A DNA stretch of 32,000 nucleotides from assembly GCF_000011125.1 (NCBI RefSeq), contig NC_000854.2, positions 990,001 to 1,022,000 on the forward strand. The letters are read 5' to 3'. Both the position numbers and the translations under genes were made by a program. The stretch's first letter is position 1. The number at the start of each line of letters is the position of its first letter. Positions 1-7,281 of this stretch are shown here, piece by piece. Origin of the DNA: Aeropyrum pernix K1 (GTDB taxonomy: Archaea > Thermoproteota > Thermoprotei_A > Sulfolobales > Acidilobaceae). A model generated the notes under the pieces. It saw only the letters and a list, made by a program, of their open reading frames with translations. It did not search any database and was not told the DNA's origin.

Positions 1-454
1 AGGAGCCCTCGGCCCCCAGGTCCTCTAGGATCTTCTGGAGAGCCCCCCCGTAGAGCCTCCTCAGCCTCCTCGTAGTGTAGGGGCATATTAAGCCGCCCCG
101 TGTAGCCGCGTAGACCATGCCGCCGAGCGTGAAGACCCTCACGTTGTAGCCGTTCATCTTCTCCTCAACAAGCACAGTCGGCCCAGGGAACCATCTCGGC
201 ACGGCCACCCTCGGCAGCAGCATCCTCTTTATCGACGGGTAGCCCCAGACCACAATCTGCTCCCCCCGCCTGAAGGCCACGAGGGTCCCCTCAGGCACGC
301 CGCGGAACTGCCTCCTGAACCCTACGTAGACTACGTCCTCGAACCTCGAGACCCTAACGCTCCTCCTCGTGGAGAGGGCTTCAAGATCGACGCTACCCGG
401 ATCCACACCAACGGCCCTCAGGGCACTGGCGAGGACCTCAGCCGCGCTGGCCAA
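1..454 (-). CDS. ATP-dependent RNA ligase (Rnl3-like), N-terminal part; continues off the left edge of the window
   Basis: My own minus-strand translation gives ...GEQIVVWGYPSIKRMLLPRVAVPRWFPGPTVLVEEKMNGYNVRVFTLGGMVYAATRGGLICPYTTRRL.... The EEKMNGYNVR stretch is the KxxG nucleotidyltransferase motif I as I remember it from archaeal RNA ligases such as Pab1020 and MthRnl. The start is uncertain: TTG at 454 puts the motif Lys near residue 99, and the frame stays open to another TTG at 496. The ORF is absent from the supplied track because it is truncated by the window edge. Confidence 0.7.
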   Translation of the reverse strand, partial: MASAAEVLASALRAVGVDPGSVDLEALSTRRSVRVSRFEDVVYVGFRRQFRGVPEGTLVAFRRGEQIVVWGYPSIKRMLLPRVAVPRWFPGPTVLVEEKMNGYNVRVFTLGGMVYAATRGGLICPYTTRRLRRLYGGALQKILEDLGAEGS

Positions 455-525
455 AGCAGGAGCACCCGGTGATAAGTCTTGTAGTAGGCCGGGCAAAACT
501 GTGTATCCAAGACTGGGGGTATGAG

Positions 526-858
526 CTAGAATACCAGGGGGGTGTACCCTTTGCCTAGGAGCTCCGCTATCTTAGCCCCCACGTACTCGACCCTCACCTT
601 ATCCTTCAGCGCCTCCTCGAAGCCACCCTGCTCGGCGACCCTCTTGCACGCCAGGGGGGTTCCCTTGACCTGGGAGTAGGCCGCTATAGCCTCCAGGAGC
701 CTCTGGTTGCCCCTAGCTATCTCAGCCTCGATAGGCCCGAAGAATATTAGCTCCACATCCTCGGCCCAGCCCCTCTTCAAAGCGTTGGTAGCCCAGAGCA
801 TGCCCGTCAAAGCCTTGTCAACATCGCTGCTCGATATGATAACCAGGGCTTTCACCAA
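526..858 (-). CDS. DsrE/DsrF-like sulfur-relay family protein (about 110 aa)
   Basis: The track ORF reads KALVIISSSDVDKALTGMLWATNA...VELIFFGPIEAEI...PLACKRVAEQ. Its size, alternating beta-alpha pattern and conserved Cys resemble DsrE-family proteins. The start is TTG at 858 or GTG at 855. Confidence 0.6.
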   Translation of the reverse strand: MVKALVIISSSDVDKALTGMLWATNALKRGWAEDVELIFFGPIEAEIARGNQRLLEAIAAYSQVKGTPLACKRVAEQGGFEEALKDKVRVEYVGAKIAELLGKGYTPLVF

Positions 859-886
859 AGCCTGCCACCATTAGAATATACTGTCT

Positions 887-903
887 GCATAAATTATTTA
901 TGC
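887..903. promoter_or_regulatory. Perfect 8-1-8 AT-rich palindrome GCATAAAT-T-ATTTATGC upstream of the DsrE-like gene; probable TATA box overlapped by an operator
   Basis: Read directly from the sequence. The centre is 37 nt upstream of the TTG at 858, in the only AT-rich stretch of this intergenic region. Confidence 0.4.
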
Positions 904-987
904 CGATATGGCGAGCGGGCTAGAGTCCCCTCAGGCCTTGCTTAACAAGCCTCCCCGGCCCCTGCTCCGGCCTAATGACCAGGCAGG

Positions 988-1461
988 CTAGCCTCCAACC
1001 CTGAAGCCAGCTTCGACCAGTATTCGCTCCCCACTATAGACGTCTTCAAGAATTTTCACGATCTTATACTCCCCGGGATAGAAGTCAAAAGATTCTGGTT
1101 TAAAAACTGCTACAACCTTAGTCTCCCCATGCTTTATAACGTCATTAGCGACGGGGAAAACAGGGTTAAACTCGGGATCCGCCACCCATGCCCCGCCGTC
1201 CCACGTGTACAAGGTCCACCCGAAGCGGTACTCCAGCGTTCGACCGCTGTTATTCACAAGTTTGACTGTTACAGTGTCGCCTTCACCATAAACTTTCTTA
1301 TCCGGCTCCAGAAAAACAGACTCACCCCCCATATCCTCCGACGGGAGATTCATGCTTGTTAATGCGAGGTAGGTCGAGGGCACCGCTACAAGAATACCCA
1401 GGAGAAAACCGGCCAGAACAAATTTAAACATAACACCTGCACAACCGGGAACTGTACCCAC
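988..1461 (-). CDS. Hypothetical membrane-anchored or secreted protein with a beta-rich (Ig-like, BsuPI/CARDB-like by eye) ectodomain
   Basis: The track ORF has an N-terminal hydrophobic segment (FKFVLAGFLLGILVAVPSTYLAL). The real start is probably the ATG at 1431 (MFKF...). The body has motifs such as GDTVTVKLVNNSGRTLEY and PGEYKIVK. GC content is lower than in neighbouring genes. Confidence 0.6.
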   Translation of the reverse strand: MGTVPGCAGVMFKFVLAGFLLGILVAVPSTYLALTSMNLPSEDMGGESVFLEPDKKVYGEGDTVTVKLVNNSGRTLEYRFGWTLYTWDGGAWVADPEFNPVFPVANDVIKHGETKVVAVFKPESFDFYPGEYKIVKILEDVYSGERILVEAGFRVGG

Positions 1462-1690
1462 TAGACCAGTGGGAGACCGTACAGTTAAATATAAGTATGT
1501 ACCCCAGCTGTTTATCCCGAATTTACAGGCAAGCCATCGACCATACAGGCCCTCCGCCGGGAGACCCCTCCGGGCCCTGGCAGGCTTATCCTGTTTCAGT
1601 AATGTATTCTGGCGTTTCGGGAGAAAGCGATGTGATTCCCAGGAGGTTTCTGAAGGCTGGTGGCTGGGTAGGCCGGTTTCGCTGTTCGGG

Positions 1691-2545
1691 TTAAAGCAAC
1701 CGTATCATATGGTGAAGCATATCCACTATAATGCCGGCACCTATGATTATAGGCACGGCTAGGTTCAGGTTGAAGCTCTCCTTAACCCTTCCAAGCCAAG
1801 CCATAGCCTGCACAAGTATTATCACTAAGGCTGTTAGGGCTGTAGAGACCGTGGCTATAGCTCCGAGGCCGTAGGCTTCTACTCCTGCTATGAATAGGGC
1901 GACGGCTGCAGCGTGCATGGCCAGTGAAGCCGCTAGAGCCCCCTTTGGCCCCAGCAGGGCTGGTATACTTCCTAAGCCATGACTCCTGTCGAAGTCTATA
2001 TCCATGATGCTGTATATTGTGTCGAAGCCAGCTACCCATAGGGAGACTGCCGCGACGTATAGCCAGGGCACGCTCCTGAGGACCTCACCTAGGCTGGATG
2101 CCTCGTCGCCCGAGGCCGCGACGGCCCCGCCGAAGACCACTGAGCCGAGTACTATGCCGAGGTGCAGGTGGGGGAGGGGGTGGAGACGTTTGGCGTGGGG
2201 GTAGGTGAGTGCTATGGCCAGGACTAGGGGTGATAGTAGGAGGGCGTAGGTGTTTAGGAGGGCGGCGGAGGCGAAGTAGATGGCGGAGCCTGCTGCAACG
2301 AGGGCCCATGCCTCTCTCAGGCTCACCGCCCCCACGACGAGAGGCCTTTTCGCGGTCCGCGGGTTCAGCCGGTCTATATCAAGGTCGGCTATGTTGTTGT
2401 AGGCCATCCCGGCCATCCTCAACCCCACCACCGCTGCTGCCATGAGTATAGCGTCTGCTAGTGTGAAGGGGTATCTCGATAGTAGAGCGCCTACATAGGC
2501 GAAGGGGAGGCTGAATATAGTGTGCTCTATCCTCACTAGCCTCAT
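1691..2545 (-). CDS. ubiA: UbiA-family aromatic prenyltransferase (4-hydroxybenzoate polyprenyltransferase-like)
   Basis: It is a multi-TM protein carrying the UbiA Asp-rich motif (YNNIADLDIDRLNPRTAKRPL) and the typical N-terminus MRLVRIEHTIFSLPFAY. I prefer the ATG at 2545. The track start at 2632 would add 29 atypical residues and overlap ubiD by 35 nt. Confidence 0.85.
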   Translation of the reverse strand: MRLVRIEHTIFSLPFAYVGALLSRYPFTLADAILMAAAVVGLRMAGMAYNNIADLDIDRLNPRTAKRPLVVGAVSLREAWALVAAGSAIYFASAALLNTYALLLSPLVLAIALTYPHAKRLHPLPHLHLGIVLGSVVFGGAVAASGDEASSLGEVLRSVPWLYVAAVSLWVAGFDTIYSIMDIDFDRSHGLGSIPALLGPKGALAASLAMHAAAVALFIAGVEAYGLGAIATVSTALTALVIILVQAMAWLGRVKESFNLNLAVPIIIGAGIIVDMLHHMIRLL

Positions 2546-2597
2546 ATAAGCGTGTAGCCTCCCCCGCCTCCTGAGCGCGCCCGCGTCCCATGATAGG

Positions 2598-4076
2598 CTA
2601 GTCGAGCCCGTACTCCCCCCACCTACCTTCAACCAGCCTCACCGTCTCCGGGTCTGGGGCCACCTCCTCAGGCCACTGTTTGCCGCCATACTCCTCCGGG
2701 AGCTTCCTCGTAGCGTCTATACCAAGCTTGCTGCCGTACATGGGCGTGGGTGTGGCGGGGTCTAGCTCGTCGGTGTGGCTGTGGGGCACAACGAGGACGT
2801 CCCTCTGGGGGTCAACGTGGCTTGACACGGCCCATATAACCTGGTTGACATCGTGGACGTTGATGTCATGGTCAACGACTACTATAATCTTCGTCAGGCT
2901 GAGCTGGCCGAGGCCCATTAGGGCGAGAAGCGCCTTCTTCCCGTGGCCTGGGTACCTCTTCCTTATGGAGACGAAGGCCATCCCCTGGAACACGCCGTGG
3001 GGGGGCAGGTCGATGTCCACCACCTCGGGTAGTAGGGTCTGTATAGCCGGGAGGAATATCCTCTCCGCGAACTTCCCTATCACCACGTCCTCGAGAGGGG
3101 GCTTCCCCGTCACGCTCCCATAGTATATCGGCTCTTCCCTGTGCCAGACCCTCTCGAGGCGGAAGGTGGGGAAGAGCCTGGAGGGCTTATCGTAGTAGCC
3201 GAAGTGGTCGCCGTAGGGCCCCTCCTCCCTGAGGTCCTCAAGGTCTATATACCCCTCTAGCACTATCTCGGCGTTGGCGGGAACGTGAATTCCATTAGGC
3301 AGCCTATACACTGGGAGCCCTTCACCCCTGACTACACCCGCGAAGAGGTGCTTGTCTATAGGGTAGGGGACGGGCATGGCGCCCGTTAGGAGGGTGCCCG
3401 GGTCTGAGCCTATCACCAGGGCTGCGGGGATCCTCCTCTCACCCTTCTCGACAGAGTCCTGCTGAGCCTGCATACCCCTCTTATGTATCTGCCAATGCAC
3501 AACACCCTCCTTATCACCGGCTATCATAACCCTGTAGACACCCATGTTCATTACGCCCCTGACCGGGTCTCTCACGTGGACGAGCGCGTAGGTTAGGTAG
3601 CGGCCCCCGTCCTTAGGCCACACCTTGAAAGCCGGGATCAAGTTGAAACTCGCCTCCCGGCCCTCGAGAACGTTAGCCGTAAACCCGGCTCTACCCACAG
3701 CCTTAGGCATATACTTCCCGAGGCTGAGGACCTCGCCAAGGCTCCTAAGCTTCCCCCCGATTCCCAGAGGCGGAGGGCCCTTCAGCGGTTCGAAAAGCCT
3801 CTCACCTATGACCTCTAGCCTCTCAACACCGAGGGCCTGCCTAACAACGTCGAGGCTGCAGAATATATTGCCTGCTATCCTGAAACCCTCATGACCCTTC
3901 ACTTTCTCGAAAAGAACAGCGTAGCCAGAGCCCCTATACATGATTCTCCTAAGAATCTCAGGAATCTCAAGTATAGGGCTAGCCTCGACACTAACCCTCC
4001 TTAGCATGTCCTTAGACTCGAGGAACTCGAGGTAGGACCTGAGGTCGGCTATGGGCTTCAAACCAGGGCCACCCAA
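2598..4076 (-). CDS. ubiD: UbiD-family (prFMN-dependent) aromatic acid decarboxylase
   Basis: The 492-aa product has an N-terminal DLRSYLEFLESKDMLRRV, plus GPYGDHFGYY and VVVDHDINVHD-type UbiD signatures. The start is TTG at 4076, with a TATA-like element 27 nt upstream. Confidence 0.9.
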   Translation of the reverse strand: MGGPGLKPIADLRSYLEFLESKDMLRRVSVEASPILEIPEILRRIMYRGSGYAVLFEKVKGHEGFRIAGNIFCSLDVVRQALGVERLEVIGERLFEPLKGPPPLGIGGKLRSLGEVLSLGKYMPKAVGRAGFTANVLEGREASFNLIPAFKVWPKDGGRYLTYALVHVRDPVRGVMNMGVYRVMIAGDKEGVVHWQIHKRGMQAQQDSVEKGERRIPAALVIGSDPGTLLTGAMPVPYPIDKHLFAGVVRGEGLPVYRLPNGIHVPANAEIVLEGYIDLEDLREEGPYGDHFGYYDKPSRLFPTFRLERVWHREEPIYYGSVTGKPPLEDVVIGKFAERIFLPAIQTLLPEVVDIDLPPHGVFQGMAFVSIRKRYPGHGKKALLALMGLGQLSLTKIIVVVDHDINVHDVNQVIWAVSSHVDPQRDVLVVPHSHTDELDPATPTPMYGSKLGIDATRKLPEEYGGKQWPEEVAPDPETVRLVEGRWGEYGLD

Positions 4077-4098
4077 CTCACCGGGGTTGGTAACTGGA

Positions 4099-4108
4099 GG
4101 TATAAACG
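4099..4108 (-). promoter_or_regulatory. TATA-box-like element (GTTTATACC on the minus strand) for the ubiD-ubiA transcript
   Basis: It is centred about 27 nt upstream of the TTG at 4076, which is the geometry of a leaderless archaeal promoter. Confidence 0.4.
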
Positions 4109-4235
4109 GGGGGTATAAGCCCCTCTAGGAGGGGATAGTCTCGCCTAGCCATGGAATATCCGCACACCCCCTACCCTGGGGTAACACTATCCATCACGGC
4201 TCTAACAAGCCGGCAATCCAAAGTATTGGTTCGGG

Positions 4236-4463
4236 GTGCCCGGTTTGCCTAGAGCTGGAGATGGTGAGGTCGTGATAACGTATAGTCGCCACAGCAGGAG
4301 GAGGGCTGAAGCCCTCGCCTGGTTCTTCGAGAGGCTCGGACTCAGGGTCGTCCTCAGGGAGGATGGTGGGGAGGGAGTTAGTGTTAAGTATGCGGGGGTC
4401 TGGTGGGGGGATCCCGACGAGGCCATCCGCCACATAGTGTCGAGGCTATACAGCTCTGGCTAG
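4236..4463 (+). CDS. Hypothetical small protein (60-75 aa)
   Basis: The plus frame uses host-typical codons (AGG Arg, GAG, CTC, GTC) and reads as a plausible globular sequence (VVITYSRHSRRRAEALAWFFERLGLRVVLRED...). The two overlapping minus-strand ORFs are Pro-rich antisense-type products. The start is uncertain (GTG at 4236, or the internal GTG giving MITYSR). Confidence 0.45.
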   Translation: MPGLPRAGDGEVVITYSRHSRRRAEALAWFFERLGLRVVLREDGGEGVSVKYAGVWWGDPDEAIRHIVSRLYSSG

Positions 4464-4464
4464 C

Positions 4465-6087
4465 CTATATGACTAGCCTGAAGCTGCCTGGCCCCTTGTA
4501 AACCTCAGCAGCCCTCTCGAGGTCCTGGGTGGAGGTTAGGGGTTTTGCCACGAAAATCCTTGCCGAGGCTGGTATATAGTTGAAGGGGGGGTTCATCCTC
4601 TTCCTGGCACAAATACCTATAATTTCTGATACGGCGGCGAGGTCCTGGGGCGCCTCCAGTTTCGACTCCGGCTTGCAGGCCGGGCCTGGGCCTAGGGCGT
4701 TGAGGAAGGCTTCGGGCTCCACGCCTACATCGCCCGCCGCTGCCGAGAGGCTTATGGGGAGTATGTAGACGTAAACCGGCTTCGCCAGTGCCTGCGCCCT
4801 CGCAACCTCGTTGTACACTCCCTGGCTCTCAACACTCCAAACTCTAAGCCTATAGCCCCCGCCCACCGCCTCCTCAGTAGCGTAGAGCGTGGGCATCAAC
4901 ACTATCAGGTATTTAGACTGCTCAACATACTTGTAGTCCCTTATCTCGATATGGCTATCAACAACCTCCTCAACCCTCCGAGCAAGGGGCGTATAGCCCG
5001 CCCACAACCTCCCGCTCCGGCACACGTCATTAAGGAGCTCAACCTCCTCCGAGCCAGCAAGCTTTCCTATCGCAGGGATAAGGTTAAGGGAGCCCCTCAG
5101 ATGCTTGTACCTGCCCGCCTCAGCTTTGGGCGAGTCCGGAGGTGTGGGCCACCTGTTGCTGCTGTCAACGTGTATGAAGGAGTAGACCGGCCTCCCCTCT
5201 AGGGAGGCCTCGCCGCCGCAGAGGGCTTTGTAGACGTGCTTGTCAAGGTCCAAAATCTTCTCGTCAATCGTTGTGGGGTCAAAGAGTATGGTGTTGGGGC
5301 GGCTCTCCATGTAGGCCCTCTTAAACCCCTCCATAGCCTTAACCAGAGGTAGGTCCGAGAGAGGCTTCCCAACCCCCATCTCCTTCAGCCTGAGGTAGAG
5401 GCCCCTTACCCTGGTTATAGGGTGGGAGACGTACACCATCTCATAATCCCCCAGGCCTACCAGGCTTCTCAGGAGTCTGGCCGTGGTCTCCCGGGGGTGC
5501 TTCACGGCATATATCATGCTCTTCACGTTTGGGAAGAGGTCCCTAAGCATCTCAGCCACACTCATATCGATACCACGCCAGTAGAGTAGGGTGAGGGGGT
5601 TGAAACTGTACGGTGGGTACTGCGGTGCACACCCACCTCTATGTAGCCTCTCGGCAATAGCGTCTAGAAGGTCGTACCAGTCCTCCGAAACGTGGACGAC
5701 GACAACCTCCCTCGCAAGCCCAACAACGCCGCCGAGAACAGGGTTTGGAGTGGGCACATCACGGCTTAGATAGGAGAGGTGCAGGCTCAGAATCGCTACC
5801 CTACAACCAGCCTCCACTATTCTCTCCCTTAGATTATCCAGTGCACGCATAAACGCCCCTCTGGCACTAGGCCTGGAAACCTGCAGCAGCTTAACCAGCT
5901 GGCTGATATCACCGCAAGGGCCCAGAGATAGATCGCCAACAAGATCCTCGAACTTGAACATACACCTACCACAGCCTAAAGCCCTGTAAACGTTGCCATC
6001 TCCCAAAGCTGTGGCAACTATAGAGGAGATCTCAGTACCAGTGACACCTGAGAGAATTATGAGCCTCTCCAACACGGGCTCGTCCAA
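4465..6087 (-). CDS. Large uncharacterised protein (about 540 aa); no family assignable by eye
   Basis: It is a long clean ORF with host-typical composition and a TATA-like ATTTAAATAT at 6103..6112 just upstream. The start may be TTG at 6087 or GTG at 6075. See the findings for the weak domain-level pattern matches. Confidence 0.85.
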   Translation of the reverse strand: MDEPVLERLIILSGVTGTEISSIVATALGDGNVYRALGCGRCMFKFEDLVGDLSLGPCGDISQLVKLLQVSRPSARGAFMRALDNLRERIVEAGCRVAILSLHLSYLSRDVPTPNPVLGGVVGLAREVVVVHVSEDWYDLLDAIAERLHRGGCAPQYPPYSFNPLTLLYWRGIDMSVAEMLRDLFPNVKSMIYAVKHPRETTARLLRSLVGLGDYEMVYVSHPITRVRGLYLRLKEMGVGKPLSDLPLVKAMEGFKRAYMESRPNTILFDPTTIDEKILDLDKHVYKALCGGEASLEGRPVYSFIHVDSSNRWPTPPDSPKAEAGRYKHLRGSLNLIPAIGKLAGSEEVELLNDVCRSGRLWAGYTPLARRVEEVVDSHIEIRDYKYVEQSKYLIVLMPTLYATEEAVGGGYRLRVWSVESQGVYNEVARAQALAKPVYVYILPISLSAAAGDVGVEPEAFLNALGPGPACKPESKLEAPQDLAAVSEIIGICARKRMNPPFNYIPASARIFVAKPLTSTQDLERAAEVYKGPGSFRLVI

Positions 6088-6102
6088 CGCTGGAAGCCCG
6101 AG

Positions 6103-6112
6103 ATATTTAAAT
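6103..6112 (-). promoter_or_regulatory. TATA-box-like element for the 540-aa gene
   Basis: The minus strand reads ATTTAAATAT, 20-30 nt upstream of the candidate starts at 6087 and 6075. Confidence 0.4.
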
Positions 6113-6198
6113 CTTGATAACTAGCCTAATTTTTAGAACCCGTCATTAGAGTGGGAGCTACGCAGGATTCGATCTTAAATGAAAAATTATAATAACTC

Positions 6199-6798
6199 TT
6201 GGGCTTTCAGTGCACCTTCACGGTGTTTATTTTGGCGGTGAGATGCCTAGCTGTTTTTCTGCTGGGCCTTATGATGGGCGTAGTGGCAGCCTTTATAGTT
6301 CCTCTAGTCGTGGATGTGCTACCTGGGTATTCAATAGAGGGTTTCTTAGAAAGTTTGCAGGAAAACAATAGTGTTGACGGCCTGCCGTGGCTCTTCCCCG
6401 GGGCCTACGCTAGCTACAAAGCATATGGTCGGAGCGTGTTCGACCAAACAGAATTCATCATGACTATAAGAGTTGAAGAGGTTGAAGGGGATTTCGCCGT
6501 CCTATCAATATCCTCAGAGTCTTTTACATGGACATTCCCTGTAGACCTCTCAAGAAAAGAAGCCGTCATCGAGTCTATGGCTACGGGTCTTCTAGGAGAA
6601 GCGCCAGAAACGTACAGCACCGACACATACAACACAGTATTCGGGCCCCGAAGTGTGATAGTGGCTTCAGCAGGAGACAAGGTTGTATTTATAGACAGTA
6701 AGGCACTCTGGCCCCTAGCATATGCCGAATCCAACCCTGACATGCAAGCTATGCTAATAGCTGAGATAACCAACGATACAAACATAGACATTAGTTAA
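6199..6798 (+). CDS. Hypothetical membrane-anchored protein in a low-GC context
   Basis: The track ORF has an N-terminal hydrophobic anchor (LLGLMMGVVAAFIVPLVVDVL) followed by a soluble Ser/Thr/Asp-rich domain. A TATA-like AAAATTATAATAA at 6182..6195 suggests the true start is downstream of 6199 (GTG at 6223 or ATG at 6271). Confidence 0.6.
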   Translation: MGFQCTFTVFILAVRCLAVFLLGLMMGVVAAFIVPLVVDVLPGYSIEGFLESLQENNSVDGLPWLFPGAYASYKAYGRSVFDQTEFIMTIRVEEVEGDFAVLSISSESFTWTFPVDLSRKEAVIESMATGLLGEAPETYSTDTYNTVFGPRSVIVASAGDKVVFIDSKALWPLAYAESNPDMQAMLIAEITNDTNIDIS

Positions 6799-7161
6799 CG
6801 CCCTGCATGCATGAGAACCGCCAGACTTTCCACAAAATCAAAATATCTTAGTCTATATGGGGTCTATAGAACGTTCGCTATCACAACTCCCACAGGAGAA
6901 GTAATGCTAGCACACTAGCATCGCCACAAAACTTCTTGAGGGAAGTTTTGATACATGGCTACACTGTATTTAGATTACTACATTAAAATGCTAATGCTCA
7001 GAGGGAAAATGCCTCATCGAGAGCCCTAGACTCTTCCCCAGCTCAAGTAGTCCTCAACTAGCTAAATACTACACTTTCTACACGGCTGCGTAGAGCCAGG
7101 AGCGTTCAACAATTCTATAGCTAGAATTAGTTAAAATTAGAAAGAGCTCCAGGATGGGATT

Positions 7162-7237
7162 TGGAGCCGCCGCCGGGATTCGAACCCGGGGCCTCCGCCT
7201 TACCAGGGCGGCGCTCTGCCAGCTGAGCTACGGCGGC
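7162..7237 (-). tRNA. tRNA-Thr (anticodon GGU), 76 nt, with genomically encoded CCA
   Basis: Folded by hand on the minus strand. Acceptor GCCGCCG/CGGCGGC, D arm GCUC-AGCUGGCA-GAGC, anticodon arm CCGCC-CUGGUAA-GGCGG, T arm CCGGG-UUCGAAU-CCCGG, discriminator U, then CCA. Confidence 0.95.
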
Positions 7238-7281
7238 CCCTCCGTTATAGTCTGGTGTGGGGCTTCCGAGGGTTTAATTGG

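Noticed and set aside
1469-1762. Plus-strand ORFs of 97 and 65 aa in the 230-nt gap between the secreted-protein gene and ubiA. I also looked for a C/D-box sRNA or another ncRNA here.
   Set aside because: The ORF products look random (Arg/Pro/Ser-rich) and run into the ubiA 3' end. I found only a poor C-box-like ATGTGAT and a single CTGA, with no C'/D' pair and no convincing stem structure, so no RNA gene can be supported.
2004-2591. Several 66-85-aa ORFs on both strands inside ubiA, and similar ones inside ubiD (2680..3123, 3625..3894).
   Set aside because: They are alternative-frame or antisense ORFs within genes that have strong family signatures. They are Arg/Pro-rich and are artefacts of the high GC content.
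4194-4435. Two overlapping minus-strand ORFs of 77-79 aa.
   Set aside because: Their products are Pro/Ser/Leu-rich, while the plus-strand frame across the same DNA has host-like codon usage and a more protein-like sequence.
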